In this document: positions 52,901 to 64,000 of the stretch, piece after piece
How the letters are laid out: every line of letters starts with the position of its first letter
Numbering within the stretch: position 1 is the first letter of the stretch
From: Macrostomum lignano
Lineage: Eukaryota
Length of the DNA: 64,000 bases
NCBI GenBank assembly: GCA_002269645.1
Contig: NIVC01001842.1
Coordinates: 167,135 to 231,134, forward strand
Reading direction: 5' to 3'
Notes under the pieces: generated by a model
Databases searched by the model: none
What the model was told of the DNA's origin: nothing
Seen by the model: only the letters and a program-made list of their open reading frames with translations
Made by a program: the position numbers and the translations under genes

Positions 52901-55900
52901 TGTCTGTAGAGTGTTTAACTGCAAGTGTCTGTAGAGTGTTTAACTGCAGGTGTCTGTAGAGTGCTTAACTGCAGGTGTCTGTAGAGTGCTTAACTGCAAG
53001 TGTCTGTAGAGTGTTTAACTGCAAGTGTCTGTAGAGTGTTTAACTGCAGGTGTCTGTAGAGTGCTTAACTGCAGGTGTCTGTAGAGTGTTTAACTGCAGG
53101 TGTCTGTAGAGTGTTTAACTGCAGGTGTCTGTAAAGTGTTTAACTGCAAGTGTCTGTAGAGTGTTTAACTGCAGGTGTCTGTAGAGTGCTTAACTGCAGG
53201 TGTCTGTAGAGTGCTTAACTGCAAGTGTCTGTAGAGTGTTTAACTGCAAGTGTCTGTAGAGTGTTTAACTGCAGGTGTCTGTAGAGTGCTTAACTGCAGG
53301 TGTCTGTAGAGTGCTTAACTGCAGGTGTCTGTAGAGTGCTTAACTGCAGGTGTCTGTAGAGTTTAACTGCAGGTGTCTGTAGAGTGCATAACTGCAGGTG
53401 TCTGTAGAGTGCTTAACTGCAGGTGTCTGTAGAGTGCTTAACTGCAAGTGTCTGTAGAGTGTTTAACTGCAAGTGTCTGTAGAGTGTTTAACTGCCTGTC
53501 AGAGTGCTTATCTACAAAGAGTCCGTAGAGTGCCAGCTTAACTGCAGGTGTCTGTAGAGTGTTTAACTGCAGGTGTCTGTAGAGTGTTTAACTGCAGGTG
53601 TCTGTAGAGTGCTTAACTGCAGGTGTCTGTAGAGTGTTTAACTTCCTGTCAGAGTGCTTATCTACAAAGAGTCCGTAGAGTGCCAGCTTAACTGCAGGTG
53701 TCTGTAGAGTGTTTAACTGCAGGTGTCTGTAGAGTGCTTAACTACAGGTGTCTGTAGAGTGCTTAACTGCAGGAGTCTGTAGAGTGTTTAACTGCAGGTG
53801 TCTGTAGAGTGCTTAACTACAGGTGTCTGTAGAGTGCTTAACTGCAGGTGTCTGTAGAGTGTTTAACTGCAGGTGTCTGTAGAGTGCTTAACTGCAGGTG
53901 TCTGTAGAGTGCTTAACTGCAGGTGTCTGTAGAGTTTAACTGCAGGTGTCTGTAGAGTGCTTAACTGCAGGTGTCTGTAGAGTGCTTAACTGCAAGTGTC
54001 TGTAGAGTGCTTAACTGCAAGTGTCTGTAGAGTGTTTAACTGCAGGTGTCTGTAGAGTGTTTAACTGCAAGTGTCTGTAGAGTGCTTAACTGCAAGTGTC
54101 TGTAGAGTGTTTAACTGCAAGTGTCTGTAGAGTGTTTAACTGCCTGTCAGAGTGCTTATCTACAAAGAGTCCGTAGAGTGCCAGCTTAACTGCAGGTGTC
54201 TGTAGAGTGTTTAACTGCAGGTGTCTGTAGAGTGTTTAACTGCAGGTGTCTGTAGAGTGCTTAACTGCAGGTGTCTGTAGAGTGTTTAACTGCAGGTGTC
54301 TGTAGAGTGCTTAACTACAGGTGTCTGTAGAGTGCTTAACTGCAGGTGTCTGTAGAGTGTTTAACTGCAGGTGTCTGTAAAGTGCTTAACTACAGGTGTC
54401 TGTAGAGTGCTTAACTGCAAGTGTCTGTAGAGTGTTTAACTGCAGGTGTCTGTAGAGTGCTTAACTACAGGTGTCTGTAGAGTGCTTAACTGCAGGTGTC
54501 TGTAGAGTGTTTAACTGCCTGTCAGAGTGCTTATCTACAAGAGTCTGTAGAGTGCCAGCTTAACTGCAGGTGTCTGTAGAGTGTTTAACTGCAGGTGTCT
54601 GTAGAGTGCTTAACTACAGGTGTCTGTAGAGTGCTTAACTGCAGGTGTCTGTAGAGTGTTTAACTGCAGGTGTCTGTAGAGTGCTTAACTACAGGTGTCT
54701 GTAGAGTGCTTAACTGCAGGTGTCTGTAGAGTGTTTAACTGCAGTGTCTGTAGAGTGTTTAACTGCAGGTGTCTGTAGAGTGCTTAACTGCAGGTGTCTG
54801 TAGAGTGTTTAACTGCAGGTGTCTGTAGAGTGTTTAACTGCAGGTGTCTGTAGAGTGCTTAACTGCAGGTGTCTGTAGAGTGCTTAACTGCAAGTGTCTG
54901 TAGAGTGTTTAACTGCAAGTGTCTGTAGAGTGTTTAACTGCAGTGTCTGTAGAGTGTTTAACTGCAGGTGTCTGTAGAGTGCTTAACTGCAGGTGTCTGT
55001 AGAGTGCTTAACTGCAGGTGTCTGTAGAGTGCTTAACTGCAGGTGTCTGTAGAGTTTAACTGCAGGTGTCTGTAGAGTGCTTAACTGCAGGTGTCTGTAG
55101 AGTGCTTAACTGCAGGTGTCTTTAGAGTGCTTAACTGCAAGTGTCTGTAGAGTGCTTAACTGCAGGTGTCTGTAGAGTGTTTAACTGCAGGTGTCTGTAG
55201 AGTGCTTAACTACAGGTGTCTGTAGAGTGCTTAACTGCCTGTCAGAGTGCTTATCTACAAAGAGTCCGTAGAGTGCTTAACTGCAGGTGTCTGTAGAGTG
55301 CTTAACTGCAGGTGTCTGTAGAGTGTTTAACTGCAGGTGTCTGTAGAGTGCTTAACTGCAGGTGTCTGTAGAGTGCTTAACTGCAGTGTCTGTAGAGTGT
55401 TTAACTGCAGTGTCTGTAGAGTGTTTAACTGCAGGTGTCTGTAGAGTGCTTAACTGCAGGTGTCTGTAGAGTGTTTAACTGCAGTGTCTGTAGAGTGTTA
55501 ACTGCAGTGTCTGTAGAGTGTTAACTGCAGGTGTCTGTAGAGTGTTAACTGCAGTGTCTGTAGAGTGTTTAACTGCAGGTGTCTGTAGAGTGCTTAACTG
55601 CAGGTGTCTGTAGAGTGCTTAACTGCAGGTGTCTGTAGAGTGTTTAACTGCAGTGTCTGTAGAGTGTTTAACTGCAGGTGTCTGTAGAGTGCTTAACTGC
55701 AGGTGTCTGTAGAGTGCTTAACTGCAGGTGTCTGTAGAGTGCTTAACTGCAGGTGTCTGTAGAGTTTAACTGCAGGTGTCTGTAGAGTGCTTAACTGCAG
55801 GTGTCTGTAGAGTGCTTAACTGCAGGTGTCTGTAGAGTGCTTAACTGCAGGTGTCTGTAGAGTGTTTAACTGCAGGTGTCTGTAGAGTGTTTAACTGCCT

Positions 55901-58900
55901 GTCAGAGTGCTTATCTACAAAGAGTCCGTAGAGTGCCAGCTTAACTGCAGGTGTCTGTAGAGTGTTTAACTGCAGGTGTCTGTAGAGTGTTTAACTGCAG
56001 GTGTCTGTAGAGTGCTTAACTGCAGGTGTCTGTAGAGTGTTTAACTGCCTGTCAGAGTGCTTATCTACAAAGAGTCCGTAGAGTGCTTAACTGCAGGTGT
56101 CTGTAGAGTGTTTAACTGCAGGTGTCTGTAGAGTGCTTAACTGCAGGTGTCTGTAGAGTGCTTAACTGCAGGTGTCTGTAGAGTGTTTAACTGCAGGTGT
56201 CTGTAGAGTGCTTAACTACAGGTGTCTGTAGAGTGCTTAACTGCAGGTGTCTGTAGAGTGTTTAACTGCAGGTGTCTGTAGAGTGCTTAACTGCAGGTGT
56301 CTGTAGAGTGCTTAACTGCAGGTGTCTGTAGAGTGTTAACTGCAGGTGTCTGTAGAGTGCTTAACTGCAGGTGTCTGTAGAGTGCTTAACTGCAGTGTCT
56401 GTAGAGTGCTTAACTGCAGGTGTCTGTAGAGTGTTTAACTGCAGTGTCTGTAGAGTGCTTAACTGCAGTGTCTGTAGAGTGTTAACTGCAAGTGTCTGTA
56501 GAGTGTTTAACTGCTGTCAGAGTGCTTATCTACAAAGAGTCCGTAGAGTGCCAGCTTAACTGCAGGTGTCTGTAGAGTGTTTAACTGCAGGTGTCTGTAG
56601 AGTGTTTAACTGCAGGTGTCTGTAGAGTGCTTAACTGCAGGTGTCTGTAGAGTGTTTAACTGCCTGTCAGAGTGCTTATCTACAAAGAGTCTAGAGTGCC
56701 AGCTTAACTGCAGGTGTCTGTAGAGTGTTTAACTGCAGGTGTCTGTAGAGTGCTTAACTACAGGTGTCTGTAGAGTGCTTAACTGCAGGTGTCTGTAGAG
56801 TGTTTAACTGCAGGTGTCTGTAAGTGCTTAACTACAGGTGTCTGTAGAGTGCTTAACTGCAGTGTCTGTAGAGTGTTTAACTGCAGGTGTCTGTAGAGTG
56901 CTTAACTACAGGTGTCTGTAGAGTGCTTAACTGCAGGTGTCTGTAGAGTGTTTAACTGCCTGTCAGAGTGCTTATCTACAGAGTCTGTAGAGTGCTTAAC
57001 TGCAGGTGTCTGTAGAGTGTTTAACTGCAGGTGTCTGTAGAGTGCTTAACTGCAGGTGTCTGTAGAGTGCTTAACTGCAGGTGTCTGTAGAGTGTTTAAC
57101 TGCAGGTGTCTGTAGAGTGCTTAACTACAGGTGTCTGTAGAGTGCTTAACTGCAGGTGTCTGTAGAGTGTTAACTGCAGTGTCTGTAGAGTGTTTAACTG
57201 CAAGTGTCTGTAGAGTGTTAACTGCAGGTGTCTGTAGAGTGTTTAACTGCAGGTGTCTGTAAGTGCTTAACTCAGGTGTCTGTAGAGTGCTTAACTGCAG
57301 GTGTCTGTAGAGTGCTTAACTGCAGGTGTCAGAGTGTTTAATGCAGTGTCTGTAAGTGTAACTGCAGGTGTCTGTAGAGTGCTTAACTGCAGGTGTCTGT
57401 AGAGTGCTTAACTGCAGGTGTCTGTAGAGTGCTTTAACTGCAGGTGTCTGTAGAGTGTTTAACTGCAGTGTCTGTAGAGTGCTTAACTGCAGGTGTCTGT
57501 AGAGTGCTTAACTGCAGGTCTGTAAGTGTTAACTGCAAGTGTCTGTAGATGTTAACTGCAGTGTCTGTAGAGTGTTTAACTGCCTGTCAGAGTGCTTACT
57601 ACAAGAGTCCGTAGAGTGCTTAACTGCAGTGTCTGTAGAGTGTTTAACTGCAGGTGTCTGTAGAGTGTTAACTGCAGGTGTCTGTAGAGTGCTTAACTGC
57701 AGGTGTCTGTAGAGTGTTAACTGCAGTGTCTGTAGAGTGTTAACTGCAGGTGTCTGTAGAGTGCTTAACTGCAGGTGTCTGTAGATGCTTAACTGCAGGT
57801 GTCTGTAGAGTGCTTAACTGCAAGGTGTCTGTAGAGTGCTTAACTGCAGTGTCTGTAGAGTGCTTTAACTGAGGTGTCTGTAGAGTGTTTAACTGCCTGT
57901 AAGTGCTTACAGAGTGCTAGATGCAGCTTAACTGCAGGTGTCTGTAGAAGTGTTTAACTGCAGGTGTCTGTAGAGTGTTAACTGCAGGTGTCTGTAGAGT
58001 GCTTAACTGCAGGTGTCTGTAGAGTGCTTTAACTGCTGTAGAGTGCTCTACAGAGTTAGAGTGCTTAACTGCAGTGTCTGTAGAGTGTTTAACTGCAGGT
58101 GTCTGTAGAGTGTTAACTGCAGGTGTCTGTAGAGTGCTTTAACTGCAGGTGTCTGTAGAGTTTTTAACTGCAGGTGTTGTAGAGTGCTTAACTACAGGTG
58201 TCTGTAGAGTGCTTAACTGCAGTGTCTGTAGAGTGTTTTAACTGCAGGTGTCTGTAGAGTGCTTAACTACAGGTGTCTGTAGAGTGCTTAACTGCAGGTG
58301 TCTGTAGAGTGTTTAACTGCCTGTAGAGTGCTCTGTTAGAGTGCTTAACTGCAGGTGTCTGTAGAGTGCTTTAACTGGCAGGTGTCTGTAGAGTGCTTAA
58401 CTGCAGGTGTCTGTAGAGTGCTTAACTGCAGGTGTCTGTAGAGTGTTTAACTGCAGGTGTCTGTAGAGTGCTTTAACTGCAGGTGTCTGTAGAGTGCTTA
58501 ACTGCCTGTAGAGTGCTCTAAGAGTGTAGAGTGCTTAACTGCAGGTGTCTGTAGAGTGCTTACTGCAGGTGTCTGTAGAGTTTAACTGCAGGTGTCTGTA
58601 GAGTGCTTAACTGCAGGTGTCTGTAGAGTGTTAACTGGCAGGTGTCTGTAGAGTGCTTAACTGCAGGTGTCTGTAGAGTGCTTAACTGCAGGTGTCTGTA
58701 GAGTGCTTAACTGCAGGTGTCTGTAGAGTGCTTAAACTGCCTGTCAGAGTGCTTATCTACAGGTCGTAGAGTGCTTAACTGCAGGTGTCTGTAAGTGCTT
58801 TAACTGCAGGTGTCTGTAGAGTGCTTAACTGCAGGTGTCTGTAGAGTCTTAACTGCAGGTGTCTGTAGAGTGCTTAACTGCAGGTGTCTGTAGAGTGCTT

Positions 58901-61900
58901 AACTGCAGGTGTCTGTAGAGTGCTTAACTGCAGGTGTCTGTAGAGTGCTTAACTGCAGGTGTCTGTAGAGTGTTAACTGCAGTGTCTGTAGAGTGCTTAA
59001 CTACAGGTGTTGTAGAGTGCTTAACTGCAGTGTCTGTAGAGTGTTAACTGCAGGTTGTCTGTAGAGTGTTAACTGCAGGTGTCTGTAGAGTGCTTAACTG
59101 CAGGTGTCTGTAGAGTGTTTAACTGCAGGTGTCTGTAGAGTGTTAACTGCAGGTGTCTGTAGAGTGTTTAACTGCAGGTGTCTGTAGAGTGCTTAACTGC
59201 AGGTGTCTGTAGAGTGCTTAACTGCAGGTGTCTGTAGAGTGTTAACTGCAGGTGTCTGTAGAGTGCTTAACTGCAGGTGTCTGTAGAGTGCTTAACTGCA
59301 GGTGTCTGTAGAGTGCTTAACTGCAGGTCTGTAGAGTGTTAACTGCAGGTGTCTGTAGAGTGTTAACTGCAGGTGTCTGTAGAGTGCTTAACTGCAGGTG
59401 TCTGTAGAGTGCTCAACTGCAGGTGTCTGTAGAGTGTTTACTGCAGGTGTCTGTAGAGTGCTTAACTGCAGGTGTCTGTAGAGTGCTTAACTGCAGGTGT
59501 CTGTAGAGTGCTTAACTGCAGGTGTCTGTAGAGTGCTTAACTGCAGGTGTCTGTAGAGTGTTAACTGCAGGTGTCTGTAGAGTGTTAACTGCAGGTGTCT
59601 GTAGAGTGCTTAACTGCAGGTGTCTGTAGAGTGCTTAACTGCAGGTGTCTGTAGAGTGTTAACTGCAGGTGTCTGTAGAGTGCTTAACTGCAGGTGTCTG
59701 TAGAGTGCTTAACTGCAGGTGTCTGTAGAGTGTTTAACTGCCTGTAGAGTGCTTTCTACAGAGTCCGTAGAGTGCTTAACTGCAGGTGTCTGTAGAGTGT
59801 TTAACTGCAGGTGTCTGTAGAGTGCTTAACTACAGGTGTCTGTAGAGTGCTTAACTGCAGGTGTCTGTAGAGTGTTAACTGCAGGTGTCTGTAGAGTGCT
59901 TAACTACAGGTGTCTGTAGAGTGCTTAACTGCAGGTGTCTGTAGAGTGTTTAACTGCAGGTGTCTGTAGAGTGTTAACTGCAGGTGTCTGTAGAGTGTTA
60001 ACTGCAGGTGTCTGTAGAGTGTTTAACTGCAGGTGTCTGTAGAGTGCTTAACTGCAGGTGTCTGTAGAGTGCTTAACTGCAGGTGTCTGTAGAGTGCTTA
60101 ACTGCAGGTGTCTGTAGAGTGTTAACTGCAGGTGTCTGTAGAGTGTTAACTGCAGGTGTCTGTAGAGTGCTTAACTGCAGGTGTCTGTAGAGTGCTTAAC
60201 TGCAGGTGTCTGTAGAGTGCTTAACTGCAGGTGTCTGTAGAGTGCTTAACTGCAGGTGTCTGTAGAGTGCTTAACTGCAGGTGTCTGTAGAGTGCTTAAC
60301 TGCAGGTGTCTGTAGAGTGCTTAACTGCAGTGTCTGTAGAGTGTTAACTGCAGGTGTCTGTAGAGTGTTAACTGCCTGTCAGAGTGCTTAACTACAGAGT
60401 CCGTAGAGTGCTTAACTGCAGGTGTCTGTAGAGTGTTTAACTGCAGGTGTCTGTAGAGTGCTTAACTCAGGTGTCTGTAGAGTGCTTAACTGCAGGTGTC
60501 TGTAGAGTGTTAACTGCAGGTGTCTGTAGAGTGCTTAACTCAGGTGTCTGTAGAGTGCTTAACTGCAGGTGTCTGTAGAGTGTTTAACTGCAGGTGTCTG
60601 TAGAGTGCTTAACTGCAGGTGTCTGTAGAGTGCTTAACTGCAGGTGTCTGTAGAGTGTTAACTGCAGGTGTCTGTAGAGTGCTTAACTGCAGGTGTCTGT
60701 AGAGTGCTTAACTGCAGGTGTCTGTAGAGTGCTTAACTGCAGTGTCTGTAGAGTGTTAACTGCAGGTGTCTGTAGAGTGTTTAACTGCAGGTGTCTGTAG
60801 AGTGCTTAACTGCAGGTGTCTGTAGAGTGTTAACTGCAGGTGTCTGTAGAGTGTTTAACTGCCTGTCAGAGTGCTTACTACAGAGTGTAGAGTGCTTAAC
60901 TGCAGGTGTCTGTAGAGTGTTTAACTGCAGGTGTCTGTAGAGTGCTTAACTGCAGGTGTCTGTAGAGTGCTTAACTGCAGGTGTCTGTAGAGTGTTTAAC
61001 TGCTGTCAGAGTGCTTATCTACAAAGAGTCCTAGAGTGCTTAACTGCAGGTGTCTGTAGAGTGTTTAACTGCAGGTGTCTGTAGAGTGCTTAACTGCAGG
61101 TGTCTGTAGAGTGCTTAACTGCAGGTGTCTGTAGAGTGTTTAACTGCAGGTGTCTGTAGAGTGCTTAACTGCAGGTGTCTGTAGAGTGCTTAACTGCAGG
61201 TCTGTAGAGTGTTAACTGCAGGTGTCTGTAGAGTGCTTAACTGCAGGTGTCTGTAGAGTGCTTAACTGCAGGTGTCTGTAGAGTGTTTAATGCTGTCAGA
61301 GTGCTTATCTACAGAGTCCGTAGAGTGCTTAACTGCAGGTGTCTGTAGAGTGTTTAACTGCAGGTGTCTGTAGAGTGCTTAACTACAGGTGTCTGTAGAG
61401 TGCTTAACTGCAGGTGTCTGTAGAGTGTTTAACTGCAGGTGTCTGTAGAGTGCTTAACTGCAGGTGTCTGTAGAGTGCTTAACTGCAGGTGTCTGTAGAG
61501 TGTTTAACTGCAGGTGTCTGTAGAGTGCTTAACTGCAGGTGTCTGTAGAGTGCTTAACTGCAGGTGTCTGTAGAGTGTTTAACTGCAGGTGTCTGTAGAG
61601 TGTTTAACTGCAGGTGTCTGTAGAGTGCTTAACTGCAGGTGTCTGTAGAGTGCTTAACTGCAGGTGTCTGTAGAGTGTTAACTGCAGGTGTCTGTAGAGT
61701 GCTTAACTGCAGGTGTCTGTAGAGTGCTTAACTGCCTGTAGAGTGCTTAACTACAGGTGTCGTAGAGTGCTTAACTGCAGGTGTCTGTAGAGTGCTTAAC
61801 TGCAGGTGTCTGTAGAGTGTTAACTGCAGGTGTCTGTAGAGTGCTTAACTGCAGGTGTCTGTAGAGTGTTAACTGCAGGTGTCTGTAGAGTGCTTAACTG

Positions 61901-64000
61901 CAGGTGTCTGTAGAGTGCTTAACTGCAGGTGTCTGTAGAGTGCTTAACTGCAGGTGTCTGTAGAGTGCTTAACTGCCTGTCAGAGTGCTTATCTACAGTG
62001 TAGAGTGCTTAACTGCAGGTGTCTGTAGAGTGTTAACTGCAGGTGTCTGTAGAGTGCTTAACTGCAGGTGTCTGTAGAGTGCTTAACTGCAGGTGTCTGT
62101 AGAGTGCTTAACTGCAGGTGTCTGTAGAGTGCTTAACTGCAGGTGTCTGTAGAGTGCTTAACTGCAGTGTCTGTAGAGTGCTTAACTGCAGGTGTCTGTA
62201 GAGTGCTTAACTGCAGGTGTCTGTAGAGTGCTTAACTGCAGGTGTCTGTAGAGTGCTTAACTGCAGGTGTCTGTAGAGTGTTTAACTGCAGGTGTCTGTA
62301 GAGTGCTTAACTGCAGGTGTCTGTAGAGTGCTTAACTGCAGGTGTCTGTAGAGTGTTTAACTGCAGGTGTCTGTAGAGTGCTTAACTGCAGGTGTCTGTA
62401 GAGTGCTTAACTGCAGGTGTCTGTAGAGTGCTTAACTGCAGGTGTCTGTAGAGTGTTAACTGCAGGTGTCTGTAGAGTGCTTAACTGCAGGTGTCTGTAG
62501 AGTGTTTAACTGCAGTGTCTGTAGAGTGTTAACTGCAGGTGTCTGTAGAGTGTTTAACTGCAGGTGTCTGTAGAGTGCTTAACTGCAGGTGTCTGTAGAG
62601 TGCTTAACTGCAGGTGTCTGTAGAGTGTTTAACTGCAGGTGTCTGTAGAGTGCTTAACTGCAGGTGTCTGTAGAGTGTTAACTGCTGTCAGAGTGCTTAT
62701 CTACAGAGTCCGTAGAGTGCTTAACTGCAGGTGTCTGTAGAGTGTTTAACTGCAGGTGTCTGTAGAGTGTTAACTGCAGGTGTCTGTAGAGTGCTTAACT
62801 GCAGTGTCTGTAGAGTGCTTAACTGCAGGTCTGTAGAGTGTTTAACTGCAGTGTCTGTAGAGTGTTTAACTGCAGGTGTCTGTAGAGTGTTTAACTGCAG
62901 GTGTCTGTAGAGTGCTTAACTGCAGGTGTCTGTAGAGTGTTTAACTGCAGTGTCTGTAGAGTGTTTAACTCAGGTGTCTGTAGAGTGTTTAACTGCAGGT
63001 GTCTGTAGAGTGCTTAACTGCAGGTGTCTGTAGAGTGCTTAACTGCAGGTGTCTGTAGAGTGTTAACTGCAGGTGTCTGTAGAGTGCTTAACTGCAGGTG
63101 TCTGTAGAGTGCTTAACTGCAGGTGTCTGTAGAGTGCTTAACTGCAGGTGTCTGTAGAGTGCTTAACTGCAGTGTCTGTAGAGTGTTAACTGCAGTGTCT
63201 GTAGAGTGTTTAACTGCAGGTGTCTGTAGAGTGCTTAACTGCAGGTGTCTGTAGAGTGCTTAACTGCAGGTGTCTGTAGAGTGCTTAACTGCAGGTGTCT
63301 GTAGAGTGTTTAACTGCAGGTGTCTGTAGAGTGCTTAACTGCAGGTGTCTGTAGAGTGCTTAACTGCAGGTGTCTGTAGAGTGCTTAACTGCAGGTGTCT
63401 GTAGAGTGTTTAACTGCAGGTGTCTGTAGAGTGCTTAACTGCAGGTGTCTGTAGAGTGCTTAACTGCAGGTGTCTGTAGAGTGCTTAACTGCAGGTGTCT
63501 GTAGAGTGCTTAACTGCAGGTGTCTGTAGAGTGCTTAACTGCAGGTGTCTGTAGAGTGTTTAACTGCAGGTGTCTGTAGAGTGCTTAACTGCAGGTGTCT
63601 GTAGAGTGCTTAACTGCAGGTGTCTGTAGAGTGCTTAACTACAGGTGTCTGTAGAGTGCTTAACTGCAGGTGTCTGTAGAGTGCTTAACTGCAGGTGTCT
63701 GTAGAGTGCTTAACTGCAGGTGTCTGTAGAGTGTTAACTGCAGGTGTCTGTAGAGTGTTTAACTGCAGGTGTCTGTAGAGTGCTTAACTACAGGTGTCTG
63801 TAGAGTGCTTAACTGCAGGTGTCTGTAGAGTGTTTAACTGCAGGTGTCTGTAGAGTGCTTAACTGCAGGTGTCTGTAGAGTGCTTAACTGCCTGTCAGAG
63901 TGCTTATCTACAAAGAGTCCGTAGAGTGCTTAACTGCAGGTGTCTGTAGAGTGCTTATACTGCAGTGTCTGTAGAGTGCTTAACTGCAGGTGTCTGTAGA
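49921..64000. repeat. 25-bp satellite DNA, >14 kb, runs off the right edge
   Basis: gtgtctgtagagtg(c/t)ttaactgcag, roughly 550 monomers, with a recurring diverged dimer ctgtcagagtgcttatctacaaagagtccgtag. Confidence 0.98.

Noticed and set aside
49921-64000. CRISPR-like array
   Set aside because: Monomers are head-to-tail with no unique spacers, there are no cas genes, and the context is eukaryotic. The variant units recur rather than being unique.

Overview
Eukaryotic (animal) genomic DNA; all introns I could place are GT-AG. Intron-filling minisatellites and poly-Q/Ser-rich exons resemble a Macrostomum-type flatworm genome (inference only). The left 20 kb holds four co-oriented minus-strand genes: MAP2K1/2 (MEK), an intronless orphan with weak FAM107-like motifs, SRP receptor beta, and a KCNQ1-type K+ channel that runs off the left edge. 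About 20.5-37.6 kb is a transposon graveyard containing a MULE derivative with a perfect 10-bp TSD, a fossil hAT transposase in a CpG-free tract, MITEs/hairpins and a Helentron-like piece. 37.8-47.8 kb is a 7-exon plus-strand DDX60-like Ski2-family helicase (~1750 aa) with a ZZ zinc finger inserted in its C-terminal region and a single -1 frameshift in a G4 run just after the DEVH motif. From ~49.9 kb to the end is a >14 kb 25-bp satellite with higher-order variants. No tRNA, rRNA or CRISPR array is supported. Exon boundaries were read by hand and repeat boundaries are approximate; comparisons with human proteins are from memory, not from a search.
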